Shown here: piece after piece, positions 1 through 13,008 of the stretch
How the letters are laid out: every line of letters starts with the position of its first letter
Position numbering within the stretch: the stretch's first letter is position 1
DNA from: Heteronotia binoei
Lineage: Eukaryota
Reading direction: 5' to 3'
Assembly (NCBI RefSeq): GCF_032191835.1
Contig: NC_083233.1
Span: forward strand, 30,194,001 to 30,258,000
Length of the DNA stretch: 64,000 bases
The notes under the pieces: generated by a model
Database searches by the model: none
The model's input: the letters and a program-made list of their open reading frames with translations, nothing else
What the model was told of the DNA's origin: nothing
Translations under genes and position numbers: made by a program

Positions 1-38
1 AGAACAGGAGAAGTTAAGCATTTGCATGCTATTAAAAG

Positions 39-535
39 TAGGCTTCCCAATCCCCAGGTCCCAGCGGGGGATCCCCTGGTTTTGCAGGCTTCCCCCCTCC
101 CCCAGCCAGCTGTCCGGCAGGTGAAGCCCCACCCCCACAGCCATTATGCAGCTCCATGAACAATTCCCATAAGGAATGATGGGGAATTGATCCGCGGGTA
201 TCGGGGGCTCTGGAGGGGCTGTTTTTTGAGGTAGAGGTGCCCAATTTTCAGTATAGCATCTAGTGCCTCTTCCCAAAATGCTTCCCAAGTTTCAAAAGTA
301 TTGGACCAGGGGGTCCAATTCTACGAGCCCCAAAACAAGGTGCCCCTATCCTTCATTATTTTCTATGGAAGGAAGGCATTTTAAAAGGTGTGCTGTCCCT
401 TTAAATGTGATGGCCAGAACTCCCTTGGAGTTCAATTCTGCTTATCACACCTGTGCTCCTGGCTTCGCCCCCAATGTCTCCCAGCTCCACCCCCAAAGTC
501 CGCAGATATTTCTTGAATTGGACTTGGCAACCCTA
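39..535 (+). mobile_element. hAT-type non-autonomous DNA transposon (MITE, ~500 bp family A)
   Basis: Imperfect TIRs TAGGCTTCCCA...TGGCAACCCTA; perfect 8-bp TSD ATTAAAAG at 31-38 and 536-543; other copies at 36769, 44671, 61096. Confidence 0.9.
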
Positions 536-1989
536 ATTAAAAGGGACTCCAAGGCACCATTGGACTCATCTACAACAGCCCATCCTTCTAAGTGTGATGG
601 GCCCTTTTCTGATGGGATTTCAGCTGGATAGGCAGCATAATAGAATGGACTTGCTGTTATCACCCCTTTGGCCACTGTGCACACATTACACATTAGATCA
701 GGGAGAAAGGGGCCATAGATGGCACCTTGTCACGATTCTGCCTCATTTCCAAAATGTGTATGCTCAAGATGAAATATAGCTCCAAGGCTGTCAAATTGAG
801 CTTGAAAGTTTATGTCCCTGAAAATCACAAAATGTCAAGTCCAGTTACCATCATTTACTTTGCAACAAAGTCCAGAAAGTTATTACCAAAGTATTTAGCT
901 AATTACTTTTAAGTCTTGTTTGTCTCTCCCCAACTCTGGTGTCATGCCTGGCAGACATCCATGGTGTTGAGAGCAAACAACAGAGCTTGCATGTTTTGGG
1001 GACATGTAATGCTTCAACAAGACATTGGTGTGCTGTTTAGATTATGGGTGTCAAAACTGGAACACATCCCACAACTCCAACAGTGACAAATCAAGGAATG
1101 GCAATCTACCACCTTCTATGAGGGCAAAAAAAATGATAAGGACAACTAAAGGCAAAGTTTTATGCCAACAACCAGCAAACATCCCAGGAGCTTGGCATTT
1201 ACATTGATCAAAAGAAGCCTATATAATCTAACCGTTTATATGGTGTGTTACTATGTTCAAAGTGCTTGAAGCACCACAGTTTTGAATTTGATGTGAGATG
1301 CCCCCAACAGAAACTACACAAAGTTAAAGCATCCATTGACAGTGGGATAAAAAGGGCTTTCAACTAATTAAAGAAAGACTAATTATTTGTATGAGTTTTA
1401 TGTGCTCAACTGATTAATTCATGCAAGTAACATAACAGTTTAAAAGGGGGGAGTGTTTTAAGCATTTTGAGATTATGTGCATGAGCAAAAAGCATAATCT
1501 ATGAGGAAGTATCCCCTTCTACATGAAATAAGAAAGGCTGAATTTTCTAAGATGGTGCCATCTGCAGTTTTATAACTGCTTACAGATGAAAGTTACATTT
1601 AGAAAAACACAAAAATCAAAAAGGGTTTTGAACTGATCAGTTTCTCTTGGTAGAGATGATCTCAGATTTCTCACCCCTGCTCTTTCAACCCTATTATCCC
1701 ATTTCAGTTTTCTCTCAACATGCCTCTATAAAAAGTACACATTTTGGGAAGTCCTTTGTGCATCAGTAAATCCACATTGTGCCTGGTTCACACTGCACTT
1801 ATAAACTATATGCATGCACCGTGTATAAAACAGTAAGATGCATCCACATGGCAACAGCAAAAAAGTACAGAACCAAACTGGTTGGAGGAATAATAACACA
1901 CACACACACATCCAGATCCAGATTTGGGGCATTCAGGGGCAAATATTTTTTGGGGAGAGGGGCTGTATAACTCCAAATAAGCTGCATTC

Positions 1990-2250
1990 AGGAGATACTC
2001 GGCTATTACTGAATATACAGCTCCATTATACTCTATGGGTCATTGAAGTCAATGGCAAAACATAGGGTGTAGTATCTGGGGGTTGTGGGGGGGCAGTTGG
2101 GTTTGAGGCAGAGGAACCAAATTTGCAGTGCACCTGCAGGAGTCTCTTCCCCAGACAACCTTCACATTTCAAAAAAATTGGACCAGGAAGTACAATTCCA
2201 CCCCCCATTGTTTCTCACAAAGGAGGAAAAAACCTAACTCCTTCTGCATC
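1990..2250 (+). repeat. Degenerate fragment related to the family A MITE core
   Basis: Shares tttgaggcagagg...aaatttgcag...tttcaaaaaaattggaccagg with family A; similar piece at ~5760-6000. Confidence 0.5.
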
Positions 2251-2691
2251 ACTGCCTGCTTCTGGGGGTGGTCACCAGACTCTGTTCTCTTTTAGGGTTC
2301 CCCTCTGGGTCCTCCTTTGTCATGTCCCCCTAGCACTGCCCTTGCTGCTCCCGAGGAACCACTTCAGGTAAGCTAATGGATCCCTAGCTTTGATGTCTTC
2401 TGAATGCATCCTTGGGGTTTCTGGGTGATGGGCTTTAACTGGAGGTGTCTCTGGAGTCTCTTCTCAGTCTGCCCTCTGGCTCCCTGAAGGGGGGGGGCTT
2501 GTTTCCCCCCCCCTGCCCCCCTACCATATATTGCAGGCTGGTAAATGGGGAGAAAGCTGTCTTTCAGGCAAGTCAACCTGTCATTGCTGACTCCTCCAGG
2601 ACTTCCAGATACATTTTGAGAACAGCAGAAATGCCCTGGATGGCAGTTTGAAAACCACTGATTTGGATGATCAATAGTAAAGCTGGATATA

Positions 2692-2963
2692 AGAAGGCAA
2701 AGACAAAGAAGACTGTAGATTTATACACTGCCCTTTTATCTGAATCAGAGTCTCAGAGCAGCTTATAATCTCCCCTTTATCTTCTTCCCCCACAACAGAC
2801 ACCCTGTGAGGTAGGTGGTGCTGAGAGAGCTCTCACAGAAGCTGCCCTTTCAAAGGACAACTCCTACGAGACCCAAAGCCATTCCAGTGGAGGACTGGGG
2901 AATCAAACCCGGTTCTCCCGGATAAGAGTCCACATACTTAACTACTACACCAAACTGGCTCTC
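2692..2963 (-). mobile_element. tRNA-head SINE with MIR/L2-like tail (Squam3-like)
   Basis: Reverse complement begins gagagccagtttggtgtagtagttaag (A-box-like) and matches the copies at 42782, 44091, 52909, 56429. Confidence 0.8.
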
Positions 2964-3850
2964 AGTACAACCATACCTCAAAATGAAGACATCGGACAAA
3001 ACTAATTGATTAAATCACAGTTTATCATTACTAGCCACACTGTGCCCAAAGAGGGTGCCCATCAGGTTTTCCAGCATTTGAGCAACCAATCCAGGCTTCA
3101 AACTTAACAGGGCTTCAAGCCATAGACTTGTTCTCTGGGACTATGCAATCATCAGTAGCAGGTTGGGTTGCTTCTTCCCACCATTGTATGCTTTGGAGCT
3201 GCACACCAAACTAATTAAGCAACAAGCACCTCATCTGCATCAATCCTGCCAACCCCAGTTGGGATACCACCTACTTATCAGGATCAGGCCTTCAATAACA
3301 AATGTAAAGTAGATAAATCAGATAAGGACATTTTTTTTTCCAAAAAATCCTGCCTGGCACCCACATGATTGGCTAATCACACATTATTGTCACAGGGAGA
3401 GAAGGGAAGGGGAGCTCTGAAGCAAAACCATGTGCCAGATGAGGGGAAGAACTTTGAGTACCATTCTGTTCTCAACCTTCTCATATGCTTCTATGGTTGA
3501 GGCTCCCATGGCAGAAGGCGCCTGCAGTAGAGATGAGTGGAAATGGCATGGTGTGATGCTGTGATGTGATTTCCAGCTGAAACAAACTGAAGTACCTCCA
3601 TCACATTATGGTGATGCTCTAGGAATCCTGATTTCTTTTGACCATAGAGATCTAGTGGATTCCCAATGCAACACCAGGTGCAGGGATGTCAATTCCATCT
3701 TTCCAGCTGTAACTAATGTCATCGCATCCTGCAGTGTCATTCTCCCTCTTTATTCCCTGCCACCAATTATTTGAGCAGCACCCACTGGAAGCAGGTAAGC
3801 AGCATCCATATAGGCTCACTGCGCAAGGAAGGTTTTCTTCTTTCCCCAGC

Positions 3851-4055
3851 AAGGTTACCAACTTCCAAGAAGGGCCTGAAGTTATCCTGGAATTTCAACT
3901 GATCTACAGACTACAGAGCTTAGCTCCCCTGGAAGAAATGCAGCTTTAGAAGATGGGCTTTCTTCCTCAAACTCCACCCTCCTCAGGCACTACCCCTAAA
4001 AGCTCCAGGAATTTCTCAAGCCAGAATTGACTGTCCAATTCACATCCCTCCCCCA
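3851..4055 (-). mobile_element. Degenerate hAT-type MITE (~210 bp family B)
   Basis: aaggttaccaac end plus ctgatctacagactacagag...tcccctggaagaaatg core shared with 14655, 39382, 45985, 49476, 60492. Confidence 0.6.
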
Positions 4056-4756
4056 AGTCTGGTACCTCCAGTTCCAAAAACCACAGAACCTCCCTGGTCA
4101 CTACTGGGGCAGAAATGGGCTTCCCTGGAAAACAACTCCTGGAACGCTTTCACCAAGGCACCTAGGAGAGGAATTTTGACAGTCTTAAAACATTAATTGC
4201 TTACTTTCAGGTCTGGCACAAAAGTTGTCTGTGTGCTAATGATACTTCAATGGGCTTGATCACTTCTCTGCTGTGCTTATCCTTCGTTCTTTCAGATTCC
4301 GCTCTCCTGTTTCATTAGGGGTCTATTAATAGCACTGCAGCGAAGATGGGATACAATATGTCAGCATTCACACCTTCCATTTTTACTGTCTATTAAGAGG
4401 AATGCTTAGATTTTGAATTTAAGATTCTTGTTGCCTTTTGGGGTTGGGAAATGAAAAGGAAGAATTTTTTTTCTTCTTTTTTATAAATTTGGAATCTGTC
4501 TCTGACCCATTCCATTTTGATCAAAGACCAATCTGAAGAGAGGAAGGCGTTTCTGCAGAGTTTCAGAATCTCCCTCTGCAGATGCTCAGAAACAGGTAAT
4601 GTCTTCCTAACCTCCTGCTAGAGCACCATCCTGTGGCTCGTAACGTAAAACAACTGCAAAGGCTGAAGTTACAAAAAAGGCATGCTGGCTTCTCTTCATA
4701 GTGAAATGAAAGAGAAATACATCTTTTAAAAGAGAAACATCAAAGACCATATATAA

Positions 4757-4892
4757 CAGAGGTGGCCAACGGTAGCTCTTCGGATGTTTTTTGCCTACAA
4801 CTCCCATCAGCCCCAGCCAGCATGGCCAATGGCTGGGGCTGATGGGAGTTGTAGGCAAAAAACATCTGGAGAGCTACCGTTGGTCATCCCTG
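4757..4892. mobile_element. Fully palindromic hAT-type MITE (136 bp)
   Basis: Near-perfect inverted arms of about 60 bp (CAGAGGTGGCCAACGGTAGCTCT.../...AGAGCTACCGTTGGTCATCCCTG); TSD ATATATAA/ATACATAA (7 of 8). Confidence 0.9.
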
Positions 4893-5178
4893 ATACATAA
4901 CAAAATTAATTTTGGGAAAAGAAAATTTCCTCATCATAACAATGCTAGGGCATGTACACAAATGCACACATCCCAGCTTCTTTCTGTGGGTTGAAATATC
5001 AAGGCAGTGCACTGTGACTATGCATTATTGCAATCCTCATTTGTAGGTGGCACCTGAGTACCTGGTGAAACTTTTGTGATTTCCTGTTACACAATATCTA
5101 TGAAAAAGGTCATTTTTCTTGCATATGAATAGTTACAACGGATAGATTAAGGACAGAGGAAACAATACCTTTATTCAC

Positions 5179-5446
5179 GAGGAGGAGGAGATTTGATTTA
5201 TGCTCCAGCCTTCACTTGGGATCTCAGAGTGGCTTACAATTTCCTTCCCCTTCCTACAACAGAGGTGAGGCTGGTGAGGTAGGTGGGGCTGAGAGAGCTT
5301 CTTTGAAAACTGCTTTTGAGAGAACAGATCTGAGAGAACTGTGACTGACCCATGGTCACATCAGCAGCTGTATGTGGAGGAGTGGGAAATCAAACCTGCT
5401 TCTAAATTAGAATCTGCATTCTTAACCACTACACCAAACTATCTCT
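5179..5446 (-). mobile_element. Squam3-like SINE
   Basis: Matches family consensus (cttaaccactacaccaaact head, gtggcttacaat tail). Confidence 0.75.
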
Positions 5447-5489
5447 TTGTCCCATGAATGCTTGACTTATGGACTTCACAGCTACAAGA

Positions 5490-5612
5490 TAAATCCAGGT
5501 GGGTAGTTGTGTTTGTCTGTGGTGGGAAAACCAACACAGGAGTCCAAGTACTAACAACATTTATTTCAGCAACACCTGCTGTGAGTTAATACTCACTTCA
5601 TCAAATGCATTG
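5490..5612 (-). repeat. Penelope-type terminal repeat fragment, degenerate
   Basis: tccaggtgggtagttgtgtttgtctg...ggagtcc...ctcacttcatcaaatgc; similar to 41900-42020 and 59933-60058. Confidence 0.5.
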
Positions 5613-8094
5613 TACTCTTTATTTTGATGTGATGGCAACCGAATTGAATACGCCACTGAAAAACGGCTGATTCAGCTGTACTCAGGACATATAGAGTCGA
5701 ATCTGATTCAGGAGTTGTATACAGCAGCCACAAATTGCCACAGAAATTTGGCAGCCATCCGGTCCCATTATGTCCTATGGGCCATTGAAGTTAATGGTAT
5801 AATAGGGTATAATGAAGTGCGGCTGGGGGGAAGGGGGGGTTGAGGTAGAGGCAGAGGCTCCAAATTTGCAGGGACATTTCAGGAGCCTCTCCCCCACAGA
5901 ACCCCCAAGTTTCAAAAAGACTACTCTCTCTCTCTTCCTTTTGATATTAACTCTTCAAAATCCCCCAAAGGCACATAAAAACTGCCAACCTTCTAAGACC
6001 ATCAGAAATTAACACAAAGAGTTATTATTTGTAACAGGATGAAATATCATTTAAACAAAACTGTTTTGTACCTGCTAAAGAAAGCCTAATGCCTATTACT
6101 CACCCTCCATTCTGTTTCCTGAAAAAAGCCAAGTATTTTTATGTGTGCGTAACGCACAACTACATTACCAATGAAATTACGCTCTGCATCACTATCCAAG
6201 GGACAGCTGTTGCTCGCTTCTAAAATTGCTTTTAAATCAATAATATATCAATGGGTATAATTACACCAGAGTAGCAGAGATGTATGGTCTTACATAATTG
6301 TAGTGCTCACATACAGCATTATAACAGCCGTCTCTCGCCTTGAATCTCTTTGTAGATTGCATTATCTTAGCCCAGTGTATGTGTGACATCATATACATAA
6401 TGAATCCTGCATCTTGGAATAGATGCTTTTTAAACACCTTTCAAGAAAATGGTACAAAAATAAGGATGACAGCTAGCGTGCAGAGAGGTTGCACAGATTT
6501 AGAGCCCACTCTTTCACTCAATGAACATAAGTTCTATTATTAATAATGCCAATCAGGAACAAATCAGAAATCATTAGAGGTTCAACCGCCATCTTTTTAG
6601 ATCCCCAGAGGCCACGGAGTTGGTTATAAGACCATTCTGTCAACATAGCCTAAAACTAATTTTTAAAAGATCCTGTAGCCCAGTGCAACAAGCCCAGTCA
6701 TAAGTGTAATATTGCAAGGACACAATGACAAAAGTGACATCTAATCAGCCCTTGTGCCATAGACAGCTAAGGCAAAACCAGAATCAGGGACTGACATTGC
6801 CAGGAAACTACTGTAACTTGAATTTCAAGGTGTTGCTCTAGAACTGGATGTTGAAAGACCCTTTCACTAATTTGGGTTGATTAGGGATGCAGAAACACTG
6901 ACACTGTTAAGTAGTAAGTGTCAACTCAAAAATAGGAACCAGGTCTCCTTTAAATATGAGCTTTAGAAAAAGTGGAAATGACAGCACTTGAATGGTGAAG
7001 GCTGTGAAAAAGCAGTGCAGTCAAGTCAGACACACCTAGAAACCTGATTGGTACCCTGCTAGTGACTGGTGTCATAAGCAAGATTTGGTGGGTGATTAAG
7101 CATAGCTAGCCCTGATATCTGTCTGAAAGGGATGTGATATAGAAAGCAGCACCTGGAAAGAGGTTGTCAGTATGCAGCAATCCCAACAGGCAATTTCTAC
7201 AATGGGATGTAGTACAGGCAAAAGTCCTAGGCCTGCTTTGGATGGATTTATGGCCAACTCAGACTACCCGCATGATGGCCTTGAAAATAAATTGTATTGT
7301 CCCCATTTCACTCCATTTCATAGACCAGAATGAATCTCCAAAAAAGGCAACACACCTAGCAGAACAGAATAATCCCAATTTTTTAAAAAACTCTTTATTT
7401 TCAGCTACTTATAAAAAATGAAGACTAAAATGAGTTTTTTTTTAAAGCAAATAGGGTACAACACTATAATAACTTTGAACCAGGAGTATAGGAAAAAGAT
7501 GATATATCACAAAAATATCAGAATGGTGTTAGACAATTGTGTTTACCAGGAAGAAATTTCTTAATATATTTATGCCTTTCTAAATATTTGAAAAAAGAAA
7601 AACACTTTTTAAAAATATATATATATCAATACAAAGAACTTTTCAGTTCAAGTTACCAGAGGTTCCAGATACCTCTGACTTCCTTAAGAAAACAAAAAAA
7701 CAAAAACTGAATCTACTGTTCAAGGAGATCATGGTTTTGTTTGGTTACTGTTAGAACTGACACTGAATGCATTAGATTAATCTGGGCCTCAATATCAAGT
7801 TTCCCCATTACTTTGCCAAAGACAATCCCTTAGATAATTGTGTCATCCCCTTAACCTGGTATAAAACCTGAACTAACCACTCATTTGGCATAGGCATGTG
7901 AGTCAGAAGAAGAAAGATTTCTTCCCTACACATCTCCACAGAGAATCTGGGCTGGATTAGAAAATAAGAAGTATTCTTACAGACACGTCTGCCATACATG
8001 TGTCAGCTCATCTCATGACCAAATAAACTACCACAAGGTTACTACTACTCCAATTTGTACTAACACCTCTCACATTACTTCATTACCATATGCA

Positions 8095-8560
8095 AGGTTC
8101 TGAAGCAATGCAAGGTTTTGGTGCTGTCATTTGAAGCACTATATGGTTTGGGACCAAGATAACCGAATATACCCAACAGTGACAGTCATCTTTAGATGGC
8201 TTGCTTTGGATGCTCCCAGTTTCTGAGATTAAGTGGGTGGTAACCTGAGAGAGGGCCTTCTTAGTAGCAATACCCAAAGTCTGGAACTTTATCCCCAGGA
8301 AAATTTACCTTCTGCTAGTGGGTGAAATGTTTGTTTTTTCCACTTGACATCCCCGCAGTGATCCCTCCTTCCTCCCCAGTGTTAAATATTTCCTGTTATA
8401 TATATATTTGTAATTTCAGGCTCTGGTTTTAATGTGTTTTAAGGATGTATTTACGTGTCAGTTTTAATGGTGTTTAAGATTAGAATTAAATTTGTATGCT
8501 TTAATTTGTTAGACACCTTGGTGAGATTGTAAAAGCAGGAAGGATGGGTAAAATCTTTGA
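8095..8560 (+). mobile_element. L2 LINE 3' fragment, decayed
   Basis: Translates to KVLVLSFEALYGLGP and ERAFLVAIPKVWNFIP, the L2 ORF2 C-terminal motifs also seen at 56968. Confidence 0.7.
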
Positions 8561-8719
8561 GGGGAAGGAGGAGGATTTGTAAAATGGATATCCATTTTTC
8601 TTATGTCATAAAATCCAAAGTTACATGATTGAAGTCTCTCAGTCAGGCACTGACCAGACCTGCTCACAGGGCCATTGTACCATATTCCCTCCTACCATGC
8701 AATGACACCAGCATCCATA

Positions 8720-9190
8720 CCTAATCCACAACTGGGGGCAGGGGATCCCCTGGTTTAGAGGTCCTCCCCTACTTCAGGGTTATCAGAAAGTGGGAGGGGG
8801 GTTGAATGTCCACTGGGCACTCCATTATACCCTATGGAGACTGGTCCCCATAAAGTAGAATGGTGAATTGATCTACGGGTATCTGGGGCTCTAGGGGGCT
8901 GTTTTTTGAGGTAGAGGCACCAAATTTGCAGCATGGCATTTGAAGCCTCTCCTAAAAGAAACCCTAAGTTTCCAAAAGATTGGACCAAGGGGTCCAATTT
9001 TAAGAACCCCAAAAGAAGGTGCCCCCATCCTCCATTATTTTCAATGAAGAGAAGGTGTTTAAAAGGAGCGTGGTCCCTTTAAATGTGATGGCCAGAACTG
9101 CCTTTAGAGTTCAATTGTGCTTGTCACAACCTTGCTCCTGGCTCCATCCCCAAAGTCCCCAGATATTCCCTGAGTCAGACCTAGCAACCA
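8720..9190 (+). mobile_element. Family A hAT MITE, degenerate ends
   Basis: Collinear similarity to 39-535 and 61096-61601. Confidence 0.8.
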
Positions 9191-10186
9191 TATCCTTACC
9201 TGATACATTATGGTTCTTCTCTAGGTGACAAGAAGGCCTGACTCACTGAACATTTCATACCAATAACTGTTGTAACATTTTGAAATTTTTACAGGCAATG
9301 CAAAATGCCTTGAAACATACAACTGAATCTGATTAAATTGTTTATTCCAAAATCATTATGACATTTTAAAGTAGGGAACATCCCCCCAGCAGGCTGGGGG
9401 GATATCACAACAGAACCTTAAAATAGCTTTACATCAATATAAATGTTTTTGTCAAAGTAATACTGACTGGAAATTCTAGACTCAGGATTCATTTTAATAT
9501 TTAACTTATGGTGAATTACCTTTTTCTGACTGGTAGACTGCAAAATGTTAGGGGAGAAAACACTTAAAAATCAGTTTAATTCCGTTTATTCTGGAAAGAA
9601 TCATTTCACTTTCCCATTATCTAAAAAGATAAAATCTAATATAGAATTGTTATTTTTGTTATTTCATGGAAATGATTGATTGGCTAAATCAAATAGTTAA
9701 AGGTTTTGAACAATGGGAGGAAAAATGGTATTTCATTTGTATGGTTAGTTAATTGGACTTTCTTTACTGGAAAGGAAGCACCAGATAGATTCCATATGTT
9801 TTAAAAACTATACTATGCCCCATACATTTCCAATATATGCATCAATACTTCTTCCTTCAGTCCGGTCCTTGGGTACTGTTTCTGGTAGCCATTTTCTTTC
9901 CACTGCTTGCTATAGTTCCCTGCTTGTGGGAAGTGGGTCACACAACCCATTTCCCATGACTAGAAAATACCTTTCTTTTATATCTCAGCAGTTCCCAGAT
10001 TTCTCATAAAGTGAAATTTTGAAACTAACGTAGAGGAGATTCCTCTTTGGGTGAAACTGTTTAAGAATCTGAATAGGCACTCTATCCCCTCTCCCACAAC
10101 AACAACAATGGCAAACAGATGCAATGAGACTACTAATACTTCCTTGGGCACTCTTCACATTCCTAGTGGAGATTCCCAGAAAACAC

Positions 10187-10548
10187 TAAGGTGGCATGAA
10201 CTGGAAAAATGGAGGCTCGTGGTTCAGAGTTTTTCACAAACCCTGTACCACAAACTGATTCATGGGTTTGTGAGAAGGAAGTACACTTCAAAGGATTTAA
10301 AAGCCTTGCATATGGGTGTGACCTGTAAGTGGATTCCAAAGGCCTATAAATGCCTTTGGAGATCACTCTCAGAGGCCAGGTGGGTCAGCCTAAACTGAAG
10401 GTGGGCTTTGAAGGCATTTAAATGCCCTTGGAGCTCCCTTCTGGTCAGGCAGCCCAATGTGGAAGTAAGCTCCAAAAGTATTTAAATGAGATTTGGGAAT
10501 TGGCCCGATTCATCATCTGGTTCATGGTTGGATTCATGCCCATCCCTA
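10187..10548. mobile_element. Probable MITE with TAGGGATGGGCA-type termini
   Basis: 3' end catgcccatcccta; degenerate 5' taaggtggcatgaac; internal repeated gg/gaaggcatttaaatgcc-like units. Confidence 0.45.
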
Positions 10549-11569
10549 ACAGGTATTGTTCTAGCTGTGCCACGAGTCTTGACTGTCTCTTATAAGCATG
10601 CACGTGCAGAGACCAGACCTTTCTAGACAAATAAGTAGTGTTCAGTTTAGAGAAATTTGATGACCACAGAAGTTTCTCAGGAGGGACCAGCACATCCCTA
10701 AATTCCTGGCAGATGAGTTTATAAAGCTCTGTAAAATTAGATTTGGGGAGCCAGCAATTGAAGTATGAATCAAAACATCATTTTCAATCCATAAGTCTGG
10801 TAGCGGAGAATTGATATAATTGGATTAAGATGGAAATGTACCATTTAAAGTGATGAAGAGTTACATGATCCAAGCGGGTCAATTGGACAATCCTGGGTTT
10901 TACTTAAGACTAGCTTTCATAGAGTTTCAGTTGCATACATTAGGAAGATGAATTATCACAATTAAAGAGAATTACACAAATGAAGGTGAATTACATGACA
11001 GGAAGCAAAGGCTAATTAAACTATTATGAAGTGGAGATGATGTTCTCAAATAGTATGAATATGTTTGTCAGACTTCCCATATTTTATGAGACTCTGCATA
11101 TATTTAAAGCAGGTGTTTTTTTTTTTTGCATTGCTAACCAGGAGAGACAGAAGTAATCCCTTGAGTTGGGTCCAAACTAGATTTTCTGCAGAGAGGGTTG
11201 GGGTAATTTCCATTAATTCCCCCTTGCTTCTGTAGACCTTTGATTTGCCTCTCATTGTAATTCCCAAGGGTCCCCTGTCCTCCAACAGGAGCATTTTGGA
11301 GAAGTCAGTGGGGTGCAGTAGGAGGAAAGATGCAGGAAAGCTGTGTGTGTCTCACTGACAGAAGTGTCTTGAGTGAGCAGAAAATTAGTCTGGATCCAAC
11401 CCAATGTACCCAGTGTCTGTGCTGGAAATTGTATGAGGGATGTATGAGCATGCCCTTTTTCTTTCCAAAAACGGTTACTGGCTGCTTTTTCATTCTGACA
11501 ATTTTTATTGATGTGGTCTCAGTTCATTTGTTCCTTTCATGCCATACTTGCAGCATTTATATAACAGTG

Positions 11570-11765
11570 TTTTATAGCTGTTAGAGAGTGCTGGACTCAG
11601 ATCTGAAAAACCTGGATTCAGGTCTCTTCTCTGTCATAAAGCATACTGAGTGACCTGGGGCCAGAAACTGCCTTTCTTTCCCTCATAGGATTGTTGGAAA
11701 TATAAAATGAAGTGCAGAGAATCATGTTTGCTGCTCTGAGCTCCTTGGGGAGACAGCAGCATAAA
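11570..11765 (+). mobile_element. Old MIR/Ther1-like SINE
   Basis: tRNA-like head, tgagtgacctggggccag core, ctcataggattgttgg...gctctgagctccttggggag tail. Confidence 0.6.
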
Positions 11766-11997
11766 AATATACTCAATCAATTTATATACAACTTCATGAC
11801 TAAAATCAAGAGAAAAGTTGACTAAAGTTTGTTAGGAGATTTGCAGCGAGAAGAACCCCAGTGAAGTCACAACTCCCAGCAGTATCTCTAGGTAGTCAAT
11901 ATTGAACAGGCTTGTTGAAATCAGTCTTCAGTGCATGAACTTCTTATTTATATATAATGTTTTAGATGTCCTTGATCATCAGAATCTTCAAAGAACC

Positions 11998-12195
11998 CAG
12001 GGCTTTTTTGTTAGAAAAAGCCCAGCAGGAACTCATTTACATATTAGGTCACACCCCCTGATATCACCATTGTTGCACATAGGGCTTTTTGCAGAAAAAG
12101 CCCAAGAAGCACTCATTTGCATGTTAGGTCACACCCCCTGACACCAAGCCAGCCGGAGCTGTGTTCCTGTGCGTTCCTGCTCAAAAAAGACCCTG
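11998..12195 (+). mobile_element. hAT-type MITE (family C, CAGGGCTTTTTT termini, duplicated octamer unit)
   Basis: TIRs CAGGGCTTTTTT...AAAAAAGACCCTG; perfect 8-bp TSD AAAGAACC; internal tandem unit with atttgcatattaggccacacccc-like sequence. Confidence 0.9.
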
Positions 12196-12552
12196 AAAGA
12201 ACCCAATTGCCCTCTTCTGCAAAGATAAAAAAAATAAAATTGGAACAGAATTTAATACAAATTTGTTGTGTGCTGAAAACATTAAAATAATTTTGGCACA
12301 CAGGAGTTCAAGTTTAGAAGACTTTTTCCCCTTTCCATGTGGCATAGAAAGCCCTGCTGGGTTGCAATTTAGTGGAAAGGCAAACTAAAGTTAAGATTTT
12401 TTTTTCTTTCTTTCCGGAAAACCATAAATGTATTTATAAACTTGAAAGAAATAAACCTTTCTCTTGTCTGTAATTTGCTATCAACTTTAGACTCTTTCCC
12501 CTTTCTGCCTTAGGATGACCAGAAACATCACCTTCAAGAGGGGTTTAGATGA

Positions 12553-12699
12553 AAATATGGAGCACAGGTCCATCAGTGGCTATTAGCCACAGTGTGTGCG
12601 TATATATAAAATTTTTGCCACTGTGTGACACAGAGTGTTGGATTGGATGGGCCGTTGGCCTGATCCAACATGGCTTCTCTTATGTTCTTATGTTCTTAT
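12553..12699 (+). mobile_element. CR1 LINE 3' end
   Basis: ggcctgatccaacatggcttctcttatgttcttatgttcttat, a typical CR1 terminal octamer repeat. Confidence 0.8.
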
Positions 12700-12928
12700 C
12701 ACACTCAGGTATTAGCGGAACTACAGAACAGCAACAAAATGGAAGAAAGGAATCAGCTCATTCTTAGTTGGTATCCTGCTTGGTATTAATTCATTCTGCT
12801 GAAACACTGTCTTTGGCAAATCATACTTGTCCAGATTTTGTTATGCCTTCCTGTACCCTCTTTAACCAGTTCTAGTTGTTTGTATTCTGCTCTTGAACTT
12901 AATACCATTACCTTGACTGACTTGGCAA

Positions 12929-12966
12929 CACACACACACACACACATATATATACATGCACACATA

Positions 12967-13004
<38 letters not shown>
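12929..13004. repeat. Compound (CA)n/(TA)n microsatellite
   Basis: Direct observation. Confidence 0.95.

Positions 13005-13008
<4 letters not shown>

Noticed and set aside
263-693. ORFs within hAT MITE copies (also 8755-9228, 37012-37359, 44746-45397, 61014-61501)
   Set aside because: Recurring pseudo-peptides come from the same non-coding repeat; no transposase motifs
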